From contig JBPCLP010000009.1 in the NCBI GenBank assembly GCA_051003195.1, positions 96,001-160,000 of the forward strand: a stretch of 64,000 bases of DNA, read 5' to 3'. A program made the translations under genes and the position numbers. The notes beneath the pieces were generated by a model. The model was not told the origin of the DNA, did not search any database, and saw only the letters and a program-made list of their open reading frames with translations. This DNA comes from Candidatus Sumerlaeaceae bacterium. Lineage in GTDB: Bacteria; Sumerlaeota; Sumerlaeia; Sumerlaeales; Sumerlaeaceae. Positions 38,083-46,328 of the stretch are shown here, one piece after another (position 1 is the stretch's first letter; each line of letters begins with the position of its first letter).

Positions 38083-38796
38083 TTATTTGTGTGCGAAACC
38101 CTGGGTATCGCTGAAAATTACAACGTCGCCTTTGGAAGCCGTTCCGTTCGTTGCGTCGTACGATCGGGCATTTGTGCTCGGCTCACCGGTCTGCTGCGTA
38201 TCAAAGTCGTCGAGATTGTTGGGCCCGACGCTCTTCACGCCCCACGATCCCTTGGTTTTTTCGGCGAATTGTTCAGCCAGAGATCCGCCGTTGGATAGCC
38301 GATAAACTAACCGATCGGTTTGATAAGTACCATCCCACTCCGACGGGTTTCCCGTGCTAATACCGTATCCGTTGGCCAGCGGTGGCCCGTCTGGGTGCTT
38401 CGCGCAAACATACAGGTAGAGTACGCGGCGGGTGCAATGGCGGTTCGGCGTGACGTTATTCTGTCCGATTTTCTCCTCTTTAAACGGCGAGCGGGGGACC
38501 GATGTAAGGTAGGAAATCGGCGTTGAAAGCCGATCCATTCCTGCTCCCGCGAGATTTTCAAAAACTCCGGCACCATAATCCGTTTCCGGATACTTGTTGT
38601 TATCTACCATGTAACTTTCGAGACCGGTCCGAATCGTGCGCATATCGGCCGCGCAACGGCTGACCTTGGAGCGCGTTTGCGCTTCCAGGAAGTTAGGCAC
38701 TGCAATCGCCGCCAGGATCGCGATGATCGCTACCACGATAAGCAACTCGATGAGGGTAAAGCCCGTTTTGCGGCGAAGCTTCATTAAATAGAACAT
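38083..38796 (-). CDS. Type IV pilin-like protein (prepilin N-terminal cleavage/methylation motif)
   Basis: G|FTLIELLIVVAIIAILAAIAVPNFLEAQTRSKVSR; C-terminal SVGPN...YDATNGTASKGD; start could be 38805/38796/38784. Confidence 0.9.
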   Translation of the reverse strand: MFYLMKLRRKTGFTLIELLIVVAIIAILAAIAVPNFLEAQTRSKVSRCAADMRTIRTGLESYMVDNNKYPETDYGAGVFENLAGAGMDRLSTPISYLTSVPRSPFKEEKIGQNNVTPNRHCTRRVLYLYVCAKHPDGPPLANGYGISTGNPSEWDGTYQTDRLVYRLSNGGSLAEQFAEKTKGSWGVKSVGPNNLDDFDTQQTGEPSTNARSYDATNGTASKGDVVIFSDTQGFAHK

Positions 38797-38905
38797 CGCG
38801 GACAACCTTAGCCTTCCGTGACTCGTGACGAGCGTAATATGATGCCTCGTGTTCCGCGGTTGTAACCCAGCCCGGATTGCGGAGGCAACTGAGAGTGGAC
38901 AAAGA

Positions 38906-38945
38906 TCGAACCGGTTTAATCAAGACAAATTTTAAACCGGTTTAA
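38906..38945. promoter_or_regulatory. Tandem putative LacI-family operators
   Basis: TCGAACCGGTTTAA (38906-38919) and perfect TTAAACCGGTTTAA (38932-38945); TGTTATATA extended -10-like element at 38973-38981 on the minus strand. Confidence 0.8.
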
Positions 38946-38999
38946 GAAAACCCCGTTTTCCCCGGCTGTACGTATATAACACTCCCTTAAACACGGCAC

Positions 39000-39641
39000 C
39001 TATTTGTCGAACACCGCGTTGGTCCGCCACACAGCACCCCGGCTGGTCGTTCCGTTGGTTGCATCGTAGCTTTCCAGTACCCTCCGGCGGGTCGTAAACA
39101 GCGGAATGGGCGTGCCTGTATCGAATGGCGCGTTGTTGAAATCCGGTCCAGGGCTATTCATGAACCAGGCGGTCGACGCATTCGCATCGAAGTACTGCGT
39201 AAATGCGATATCGAGCGTGAACAGATTGAAGCCGTCGTTCGGGCTTAAAGGATCGATTGCGGTCTGTCGGTCGGTGTAATCGAATGTCGAAGTGTTGGGG
39301 CTGCCGCTGTCGGGAAATTTGGTCCGCTTGAGGCGGAACGTGTCCACCGGGTACGACGACATATAGGCAACGGGCGTCGTAACGTTGAGCAACCGGTTGT
39401 TAAAAACCCCCGTGATTCGCGCAAAGGACGCGTCCGGATACTTGTTGTTGTCGACCACATAGGACTCAATTGCCGTGGCGATGCTTCGCATATCGGCCTT
39501 GCAGCGGCTGACCTTCGAACGCACCTGCGCCTCGAGAAAATTTGGCACTGCAATAGCTGCCAGAATCGCGATGATTGCCACCACGATGAGCAATTCGATA
39601 AGTGTGAAGCCCGCCCTGGAATATTTGTGTCTTCGAACCAT
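39000..39641 (-). CDS. Type IV pilin-like protein (prepilin N-terminal cleavage/methylation motif)
   Basis: G|FTLIELLIVVAIIAILAAIAVPNFLEAQVRSKVSR; C-terminal SPGPD...YDATNGTTSRG. Confidence 0.9.
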   Translation of the reverse strand: MVRRHKYSRAGFTLIELLIVVAIIAILAAIAVPNFLEAQVRSKVSRCKADMRSIATAIESYVVDNNKYPDASFARITGVFNNRLLNVTTPVAYMSSYPVDTFRLKRTKFPDSGSPNTSTFDYTDRQTAIDPLSPNDGFNLFTLDIAFTQYFDANASTAWFMNSPGPDFNNAPFDTGTPIPLFTTRRRVLESYDATNGTTSRGAVWRTNAVFDK

Positions 39642-39744
39642 TTAATGCCGACCTGATGATTGGATGTCATACCGCTGGCCGCTATCGAGGGGACCACGAA
39701 GTATGGGGGAATCAGAAGGTCCGTCTACGGAAATCGCAACCAGA

Positions 39745-39758
39745 TTCAACCGGTCTAA
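39745..39758. promoter_or_regulatory. Putative LacI-family operator
   Basis: TTCAACCGGTCTAA (12/14 match) upstream of the first pilin-like gene. Confidence 0.6.
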
Positions 39759-39773
39759 TTCGCGGGCTTCTAC

Positions 39774-41072
39774 TCAGCCGTTAAACCATTCCACCCAGGG
39801 TAACCGGCCCGGCGCAACTGTCCGGTCGACTAAAAAGCTCATGCCCATCACCAGGATAACCGAAGACGCGCCTACCAGCACATATTTCGCCCACCGCGGC
39901 GAGTACTTACGTAGCGCCTGCAGCGATGGCCAAAGCAGGCAAAGAATCAGTAACTGCCCGATTTCCACGCCCACATTGAACGTCAGAAGGCACGCCACGA
40001 GCTGACCCTTCGACCCCGCCGTGGCCCCGCCTGCGCCCAGCAGCTCCCGCAATACTCCCGCAAAGCCAAGTCCGTGAATCAGGCCAAAGCCAAACACCAG
40101 CGCCCAACGCCAAGGGATCTGGCGGTTCCTCAATACCAGGTTTTCCAGGCCCACATAAGCAACACTGGCCGCGATGATTGCCTCCACGATCTGCGGACGC
40201 GAAATCTTGAGCACCTCCAGCGAGGTTAGAATCAGGGTGATGCTGTGCGCGATGGTAAACGCCGTGATCACCTTGATCAGGTTCTTAAAGTTTGGCGCTA
40301 TCAGGATAATACCCACGACGAAAAAGACGTGGTCCCATCCGATCAGGATATGCCAGATCCCTTCGAGCAGGTAATCCAGCATCAACGCCCAGGTGCTCGT
40401 TCCAGCCGTAGCCGTGCTGCTTATTGCACCCGTATCGCTACCGACATGCGCAATAGTGAGCGTAGTCATTGTCGCAACCGTAGTCGGACGGTCAGCTGTT
40501 ACGACTGCAGCTTCCGCAACTGCCCCTGAATCGTACACCTGGTGTCCTGTTGCCTGAAGCGTTACGTGATTGCCGCGATCGAGGATGGTCACGGTGTTGC
40601 GCTGCGTTCCGACAATCGCGGACCCATCCACCGGAGAGCTGATGAAACTACGAAACAGGTTTGGATCGATCCTTACACGCCCAAACTGCATGCCCGGGGG
40701 CGCGCTATAGGTCATCGTGAATTCGATCGTATGCGGCTCGTTCGTGAACCCTTCAGTCGACTTCACCTCCGCCTGCGAACTCTGCGGCAGCAGGGGAATT
40801 GCATCGGTCGTAAACTTCAGCATCAGCGGGACGCCCTGCTCCAGCATCATCTTTCCCAGGTCGAACTCCTCGCGCGACATCCGCCCGTTGCGGTCGCGGT
40901 CAACCGGCGGCGCGAGCAGCACCGCATCGAGGGCGGCAATGTTGAGCACAATCGTTGCCGAGGATGCCTCGATTTGGATTTGCGTGCTCATTCCTTTATA
41001 CTCATGCGCCCGTACCGCGCCCATACAGGTGACCATTAACAGCCAGACGAAGATCGCTCTCACTGCACCCAC
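39774..41072 (-). CDS. HupE/UreJ-family membrane protein with periplasmic N-terminal domain
   Basis: GGAGG RBS before GTG 41072; GIWHILIGWDH, TAFTIAHSITL, FGLIHGLGFA, FNVGVEIGQ. Confidence 0.9.
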   Translation of the reverse strand: MGAVRAIFVWLLMVTCMGAVRAHEYKGMSTQIQIEASSATIVLNIAALDAVLLAPPVDRDRNGRMSREEFDLGKMMLEQGVPLMLKFTTDAIPLLPQSSQAEVKSTEGFTNEPHTIEFTMTYSAPPGMQFGRVRIDPNLFRSFISSPVDGSAIVGTQRNTVTILDRGNHVTLQATGHQVYDSGAVAEAAVVTADRPTTVATMTTLTIAHVGSDTGAISSTATAGTSTWALMLDYLLEGIWHILIGWDHVFFVVGIILIAPNFKNLIKVITAFTIAHSITLILTSLEVLKISRPQIVEAIIAASVAYVGLENLVLRNRQIPWRWALVFGFGLIHGLGFAGVLRELLGAGGATAGSKGQLVACLLTFNVGVEIGQLLILCLLWPSLQALRKYSPRWAKYVLVGASSVILVMGMSFLVDRTVAPGRLPWVEWFNG

Positions 41073-41265
41073 GTTCCCGCCTCCATACCTTCTTTTGAGC
41101 GGCGTGTTAGGACAGACATTCCTGTCTGTCCAGTGCCAGATATTCGCCGAGGCCATCCAGTGTTGAGGAATTCGCGGGCTCTCTTTTTTGCTCGTGCTTG
41201 ACATTCTCCCCGGCTCACGCCCAGCGCCTGATCGAATCGTTCCAAACCCATTTGGAGGTTTTCCA

Positions 41266-42342
41266 ATGTCACTCGCAACTCCACCTCCGGTTGACCAGGC
41301 AAAACTCGAGGCATTCATGGGCCAAGTCGTCAGCGACTTAGGCGCAGGAATGAACGCCGCGCTGGTTATTATCGGGGATAAACTCGGGCTGTACCGCGGG
41401 TTGGTCGAACTGGGGCCGTGCACTCCCGCAGAACTCGCCGGTCAAACCGGAACCGATGAACGTTACATTCGGGAATGGCTGAGTGCCCAGGCAGCAGGCG
41501 GATATGTGAAGTACGATGCAGCTTCCGCCCGTTTCACAATTCCGCCGGAACAGGCAATGGCACTTGCCGATGAAAACAGCCCATGTTTTGTCGCCGGTGG
41601 TTTCCAGGTGGTCGCCTCCGCCCTTAAAGACGAACCTAAAATCACTGAGGCGTTCATCACCGGCAAAGGGGTCGGCTGGCACGAGCACTGCAGCGACCTG
41701 TTCATCGGCACCGAGCGTTTTTTCCGTCCGAGCTACAATGCACATCTCGTCACGGAATGGATCCCTGCTCTGACAGGCGTGGAAGACAAATTGCGCAAAG
41801 GCGCGCGGGTTGCTGACGTTGGATGTGGGCATGGCGCATCAACCATAGTGATGGCGCAGGCCTACCCCAACTCCAAATTCATGGGATTCGATTACCATCC
41901 GCAATCGATAGAGAGCGCCCGTACGCGCGCTGAAGAAGCGGGGGTCGCGGACCGCGTCACATTCGAGACCGCTTCATCCAAAACGTTTCCAGGAAACGGA
42001 TACGACCTCGTTACCTTCTTTGATTGCCTGCACGACATGGGAGACCCCGCGGGCGCATCGTCGCATGTGCTCAGCACGCTGGCGACCGGCGGCACATGGA
42101 TGATCGTGGAACCATTCGCTTCGGATAACCTGGAAGACAATCTCAACCCGGTCGGGCGCGTGTTCTATGCTGCATCCACCATGATCTGCACACCCGCGTC
42201 GAAGGCGCAGGAGGTAGGGTTGGCACTTGGCGCACAGGCAGGGGAAAAGCGTTTGCGCGACGTGGTGACGCAGGGCGGCTTCACACACTTTCGTCGTGCG
42301 GATGAGACACCGTTCAATCTGGTGTTCGAGGCAAAGGCGTAA
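41266..42342 (+). CDS. Class I SAM-dependent methyltransferase with N-terminal winged helix (Rv2258c-like)
   Basis: GGAGG RBS; IGDKLGLY...ERYIREWL; VADVGCGHG; FDCLHDMGDP; LGAQAGE. Confidence 0.92.
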   Translation: MSLATPPPVDQAKLEAFMGQVVSDLGAGMNAALVIIGDKLGLYRGLVELGPCTPAELAGQTGTDERYIREWLSAQAAGGYVKYDAASARFTIPPEQAMALADENSPCFVAGGFQVVASALKDEPKITEAFITGKGVGWHEHCSDLFIGTERFFRPSYNAHLVTEWIPALTGVEDKLRKGARVADVGCGHGASTIVMAQAYPNSKFMGFDYHPQSIESARTRAEEAGVADRVTFETASSKTFPGNGYDLVTFFDCLHDMGDPAGASSHVLSTLATGGTWMIVEPFASDNLEDNLNPVGRVFYAASTMICTPASKAQEVGLALGAQAGEKRLRDVVTQGGFTHFRRADETPFNLVFEAKA

Positions 42343-42376
42343 AGATTAACTATTACAGAAATTAGAACTGAAAATG

Positions 42377-42405
42377 AAAACGCCCGGAGCATGACGCTCC
42401 GGGCG
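42377..42405 (-). terminator. Terminator hairpin between convergent genes
   Basis: CGCCCGGAGC-ATGAC-GCTCCGGGCG preceded by AAAA. Confidence 0.7.
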
Positions 42406-42424
42406 CAAATGGTTCCGTGTCCGG

Positions 42425-43699
42425 TTATTCCGGCTTCGGCGTCTCTTTTTTTACCGCAGCATCTTTGTCGGTTTTCTTCTCCGGTTGCGGCGCCGACTTC
42501 GCGGTATCGCTGGCAGAATCCGACGCAGGGGTCTTGGCGGCGCCAGCCTCGGACGCGCCCGGCACCTTGGCCGCATCGCTGCCCGTCGGCTTGTTTGCGT
42601 CCGGCGCGGCATGGCTGGCCCCCATTGCTCCCGGGTCGGCTGGCTTGTTCGCCGCACCGCTGGAAGCTGGAGTAACAGCCCCTGGTTTCGCCTTCTCGCT
42701 GGCACTTGGCGGAGTTGCCGGTTTGCCCGACTCTGGCTTGCTGGCTGCGCTCGAAGTGGCCGCGGGAGCCGGCGTCTGGCCAGCCGCCGGCGCTTCGTCC
42801 TTGCCGCTCATCGCCGGTTTCGCGGGTTTGGCAGCTTTTGGCGTCTCATCAGCTTTCGGTGTGTCACGGGCCCTGGGCGTATCTGCCGCCTTCGGTGTTT
42901 CATCCGCCTTTGGGGTTGGTGTAGACTTCGGAGTCTCTCCGGCTTTCGGTGTGTCACTGGCCCTGGGCGTATCCGCAGCCTTTGGTGTTTCATCCGCCTT
43001 TGGGGTTGGTGTAGACTTCGGAGTCTCTGCGGCTTTCGGCGTGGCAGTAGACTGTGGCGTCTCTCCTGCCTTCGGAGTTTCGTCGGCTTTCGGAGTTGCG
43101 GCCGCACCGGCAGCGGGTGTTGCACCAGACACAGTAGTCCCGGTCGCGGCCGCTCCGCTCACCTTGCCGGTCTTCACGTCGACGCTTTTCGTCACCTGCT
43201 CCACCTGGCTGACGTCGACCTTGGCGGTCTGGACCGCGGTGCGCACTTCCTGCTCGTTGAACTGCACGTTGACGCTCGTGCCGGAGAAGGTCACGTTGTC
43301 CGTCCACACCGGGCGTGCATATACCGGCAATGAGGCCGGAGGGGCCGATGTCCTTACATACGTGACCACCTTTTGCGCAACCACAGGCGTGAGGATCTCT
43401 ACCTGTTGTTGGACCAGCGTACGTACACGCACAAAGTCGAGTCGCACCCGTGCTACAAATATTTCCATGTCGATATAGATCACTTTGAGAATCACGTCTT
43501 CCGATACGCCGACAGACGTATAGACCCTGCGCAGATAGGTGACATACTCCTGCACAACGGTGGTGATCTGGGTTGTCTGTGTGACGGTGCCGTTCTCAGT
43601 GCGCACCTCGGTTGTTTCCGTGCGGCGAATCGTGTCCTGCGCGATCACGGTGGCCGCAAGCAGCGTCAGGCAGGCAGCGGCTGTTAAAAGCTTCTTCAT
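42425..43699 (-). CDS. Secreted protein with long low-complexity TPKAxE repeat tail
   Basis: GAGG RBS; signal peptide MKKLLTAAACL...VIAQ; Val/Thr-rich N-domain; repeat region. Confidence 0.75.
   Translation of the reverse strand: MKKLLTAAACLTLLAATVIAQDTIRRTETTEVRTENGTVTQTTQITTVVQEYVTYLRRVYTSVGVSEDVILKVIYIDMEIFVARVRLDFVRVRTLVQQQVEILTPVVAQKVVTYVRTSAPPASLPVYARPVWTDNVTFSGTSVNVQFNEQEVRTAVQTAKVDVSQVEQVTKSVDVKTGKVSGAAATGTTVSGATPAAGAAATPKADETPKAGETPQSTATPKAAETPKSTPTPKADETPKAADTPRASDTPKAGETPKSTPTPKADETPKAADTPRARDTPKADETPKAAKPAKPAMSGKDEAPAAGQTPAPAATSSAASKPESGKPATPPSASEKAKPGAVTPASSGAANKPADPGAMGASHAAPDANKPTGSDAAKVPGASEAGAAKTPASDSASDTAKSAPQPEKKTDKDAAVKKETPKPE
42861..43040. repeat. 90 bp tandem duplication within an 18 bp-unit coding repeat
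   Basis: 42861-42950 and 42951-43040 are near-identical and encode units such as TPKADE/TPKAAD/TPKAGE. Confidence 0.85.
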
Positions 43700-44016
43700 T
43701 ACTATTCCCTCGGTTTAGTTTGCAGCAGCGCACAGCGCTGCCATATTGCTGACACGACAGCGAGCAATGCGCATGCCAGAGCATCTGTTATTAGTTTAAC
43801 GTGTAAAGTCAGGCAGCCGTGCGACCACTATTTAAGACGCTCACGAGACGTGCAACTATCCGCGTAAGTTGTGTTGCGCTATGCGTGATTCATGCTTTGG
43901 ACTTCTGATAACTTGTTATGGAGATTATGATTTCGACTGATGCGCCACCTTTGGCTTTGCATTTGCTGGATGAGCGGCATGCCAATCTTCTGTAACCTGA
44001 TGATCCCCCCAACGCC

Positions 44017-45282
44017 ATGTTGATCGCCTTCATATCTATCGTGGTCACGTTGTTCGTTGTGCTTATAATCCGTAATATTTCCGCGCCCGAACGCCACCTT
44101 AACCACACGGTTCAGCCACAGTTCTCTGTCGAGGACCGACAGTTTGAAATTTCCATGGGCAATCTGCTTGGACCGCCCATTCTCGGGGAGAATGATGTAC
44201 ACGCGCTGGTAAACGGATGCCGCTACTTCCCAGCCATGCTCGAGGCTGTCCGATCCGCCGAGAAGACCATTACGTTCGAGACGTTTATTTTCTGGTCTGG
44301 AAATATCGGACGCGAATTCACGGAGGCATTGGTTGAGCGCGCAAATGCCGGCGTACGTGTGCACCTGCTGTTGGACTGGTTCGGATGCTGGAAGATGGAA
44401 AAACCTCTGCTTAAGTGGCTATGTGAGAGCAGCAACTCGATCCAACTGGAATTCTACCGGCCCCTGGGCTTTCATAATCTTGCGCGATTCAATAACCGGA
44501 CACACCGTAAAACACTCGTGGTAGATGGCAAAATAGGCTTCACAGGCGGGGCCGGAATTGCTGACCCCTGGGATGGCGACGCCGAAGACCGCCACCACTG
44601 GCGTGACACGCAATACGTTATCCGGGGTCCGGCCGTCTCCCAAATGCAGGCGGCATTCCTCGATAACTGGATGCAGTCACATTTCTCAATTTTGTTTGGT
44701 GAGGATTACTTCCCGGTTCCAGAGCCATGTGGCTCGATGAAAGCACAGGTTTTTGGAAGCGGGCCGGAAGGCGGAGCGGAGAGCGTGCGCATCATGTATG
44801 TAATGGCGCTGTCCTGCGCCCGCAGGTCCGTGCGCCTGGCTCACAGCTATTTTGTCCCCGACAAACTTTCCGTTCGCACCATTATTGCTGCCTGCAAAAG
44901 GGGCGTTGATGTGGAGCTGATGATCCCCGGCCCAAGCGACGCTCCAATCACCATGGCGGGGATGAGGTCCCGGCTTGGTCCTCTGTTGCAGGCAGGAGTG
45001 CGAGTTTACCAGTACCAGAAATCCATGTTCCATTGTAAGGCCCTTATTGTCGATGAACTCTGGACGTCCGTTGGCTCATCGAATTTTGACCACCGTTCTT
45101 TTCGCCTCAACGATGAGGTAAATCTAAACGTGCTGGATGCCGATTTTGCGCGCGAGCAGATCGAAATCTTCGAAGAAGATAAGAAACACTGCACCCCGAT
45201 CACATGGGAACAATGGAAGCGGCGGCCAAAAAAGGACGTATTGATCGACTCCATTGCGGGTCTCTTCCGGGCACAAATGTAA
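44017..45282 (+). CDS. cls: Cardiolipin synthase-like phospholipase D
   Basis: Two HKD motifs: THRKTLVVDG and FHCKALIVD; WRDT; GSSNFD.RS..LNDE. Confidence 0.9.
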   Translation: MLIAFISIVVTLFVVLIIRNISAPERHLNHTVQPQFSVEDRQFEISMGNLLGPPILGENDVHALVNGCRYFPAMLEAVRSAEKTITFETFIFWSGNIGREFTEALVERANAGVRVHLLLDWFGCWKMEKPLLKWLCESSNSIQLEFYRPLGFHNLARFNNRTHRKTLVVDGKIGFTGGAGIADPWDGDAEDRHHWRDTQYVIRGPAVSQMQAAFLDNWMQSHFSILFGEDYFPVPEPCGSMKAQVFGSGPEGGAESVRIMYVMALSCARRSVRLAHSYFVPDKLSVRTIIAACKRGVDVELMIPGPSDAPITMAGMRSRLGPLLQAGVRVYQYQKSMFHCKALIVDELWTSVGSSNFDHRSFRLNDEVNLNVLDADFAREQIEIFEEDKKHCTPITWEQWKRRPKKDVLIDSIAGLFRAQM

Positions 45283-45323
45283 AAAAATTGGTCCCGGTAG
45301 CCTCTCGGCTGGCTGCCGGGACC
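45283..45323. terminator. Terminator-like hairpin
   Basis: A-tract followed by GGTCCCGGTAGCC...GGCTGCCGGGACC. Confidence 0.55.
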
Positions 45324-45527
45324 CCATTACGCAGCTTTGCCGACTGCGCGGGCACCACATTACAGGCCGGTATTGCGGATGATGCGAAGCGATGACGAGT
45401 ACGGCCACAGCCTGCGGATCTTTAGACGTGCTCTGTTCGTCGCCGGACCACAGGTTTGTATGTTTATATGCCAACTAAGACGCAGTGCACTCCGCTGGGG
45501 ATGACACTCCAAGAAATAAAATCTCAG

Positions 45528-46175
45528 TTAGCGCGGCAGCAGATCCAGAATCGCACGTAGAGTCTCATTTCCCGGGCTTCGAAGTGTCCTGGAGCGCGGT
45601 GAGAATCCCCCGGCTGCCGAAATGACTCCGTTGTTCTGTAGTGCTGCCAGCATAAGTACGGCAAGCTGGTCGTCGTCCAGCGCTTCCAATCGGGTGTCCT
45701 GCTCGACAGGAAGCTGTAGAGCGGCACTTGCCGAAACTCGAAAATCATTGGCCTTGGGGCGCTTGCTTATGTGTAAGTCCAGCGCAAGCAATGGCGTCTG
45801 GCCCGCAACGTCTTTAAGATGCGGCACGCATAATCCATCGGACATAATGCCATCTGCTCCCAGCTCGCGCGCATGGACCGTCTGGAACCGCAACAGCTCC
45901 AGCTCTTGCTGCATGCCGCCGGCCGGAACCTGCACCCACACCTGCTGATGCGGCAGCAGCGCTGCGCGCCATACCGTGTAAAGCTCTTCGAGTTCCGTCG
46001 TATCCAGGCATTGGCCGCCGCCCACAGCCGACCATATCAGCACTCCATCGACCTCCGACCCTCGCATCCAGTTTACGTATTTTTCAAGGTCACCAGCGCT
46101 GACGGAGCCGGCTGCCGTCATGGGTGTCGGCACAATCGCCAGGAGCACGGCCTGGTGCCTTTTGAGGTCAGGCAT
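45528..46175 (-). CDS. Divergent DapA/DHDPS-like TIM-barrel protein
   Basis: IVPTPM...GSV...VDGVLIW...ARELGADGIM resembles the DHDPS N-half; catalytic motifs not recognisable. Confidence 0.55.
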   Translation of the reverse strand: MPDLKRHQAVLLAIVPTPMTAAGSVSAGDLEKYVNWMRGSEVDGVLIWSAVGGGQCLDTTELEELYTVWRAALLPHQQVWVQVPAGGMQQELELLRFQTVHARELGADGIMSDGLCVPHLKDVAGQTPLLALDLHISKRPKANDFRVSASAALQLPVEQDTRLEALDDDQLAVLMLAALQNNGVISAAGGFSPRSRTLRSPGNETLRAILDLLPR

Positions 46176-46328
46176 GCGGGGTGATCCTCACGACCGTCCC
46201 GTTTGGTTTGACATGAGTTGGGGCGGCTTCGACGCTGTCCATAATGTTGGCTACTGAATTACGGGTTTGCTGTAACGCAACAATCCTTCCAGACCTCGAA
46301 GAGCTTCTCTGCTCAAAATGCCAATTCC

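Noticed and set aside
42830..43100. Periodic repeats as a possible CRISPR array
   Set aside because: Units are codon-phased, degenerate at third positions and lack unique spacers; no cas genes are present
42417..43478. 353 aa plus-strand hydrophobic repeat ORF
   Set aside because: Antisense shadow of the repeat protein, which has the RBS, signal peptide and terminator
45124..45474. Possible small gene between cls and the DapA-like gene
   Set aside because: It overlaps cls and runs through the terminator hairpin, with no recognisable features
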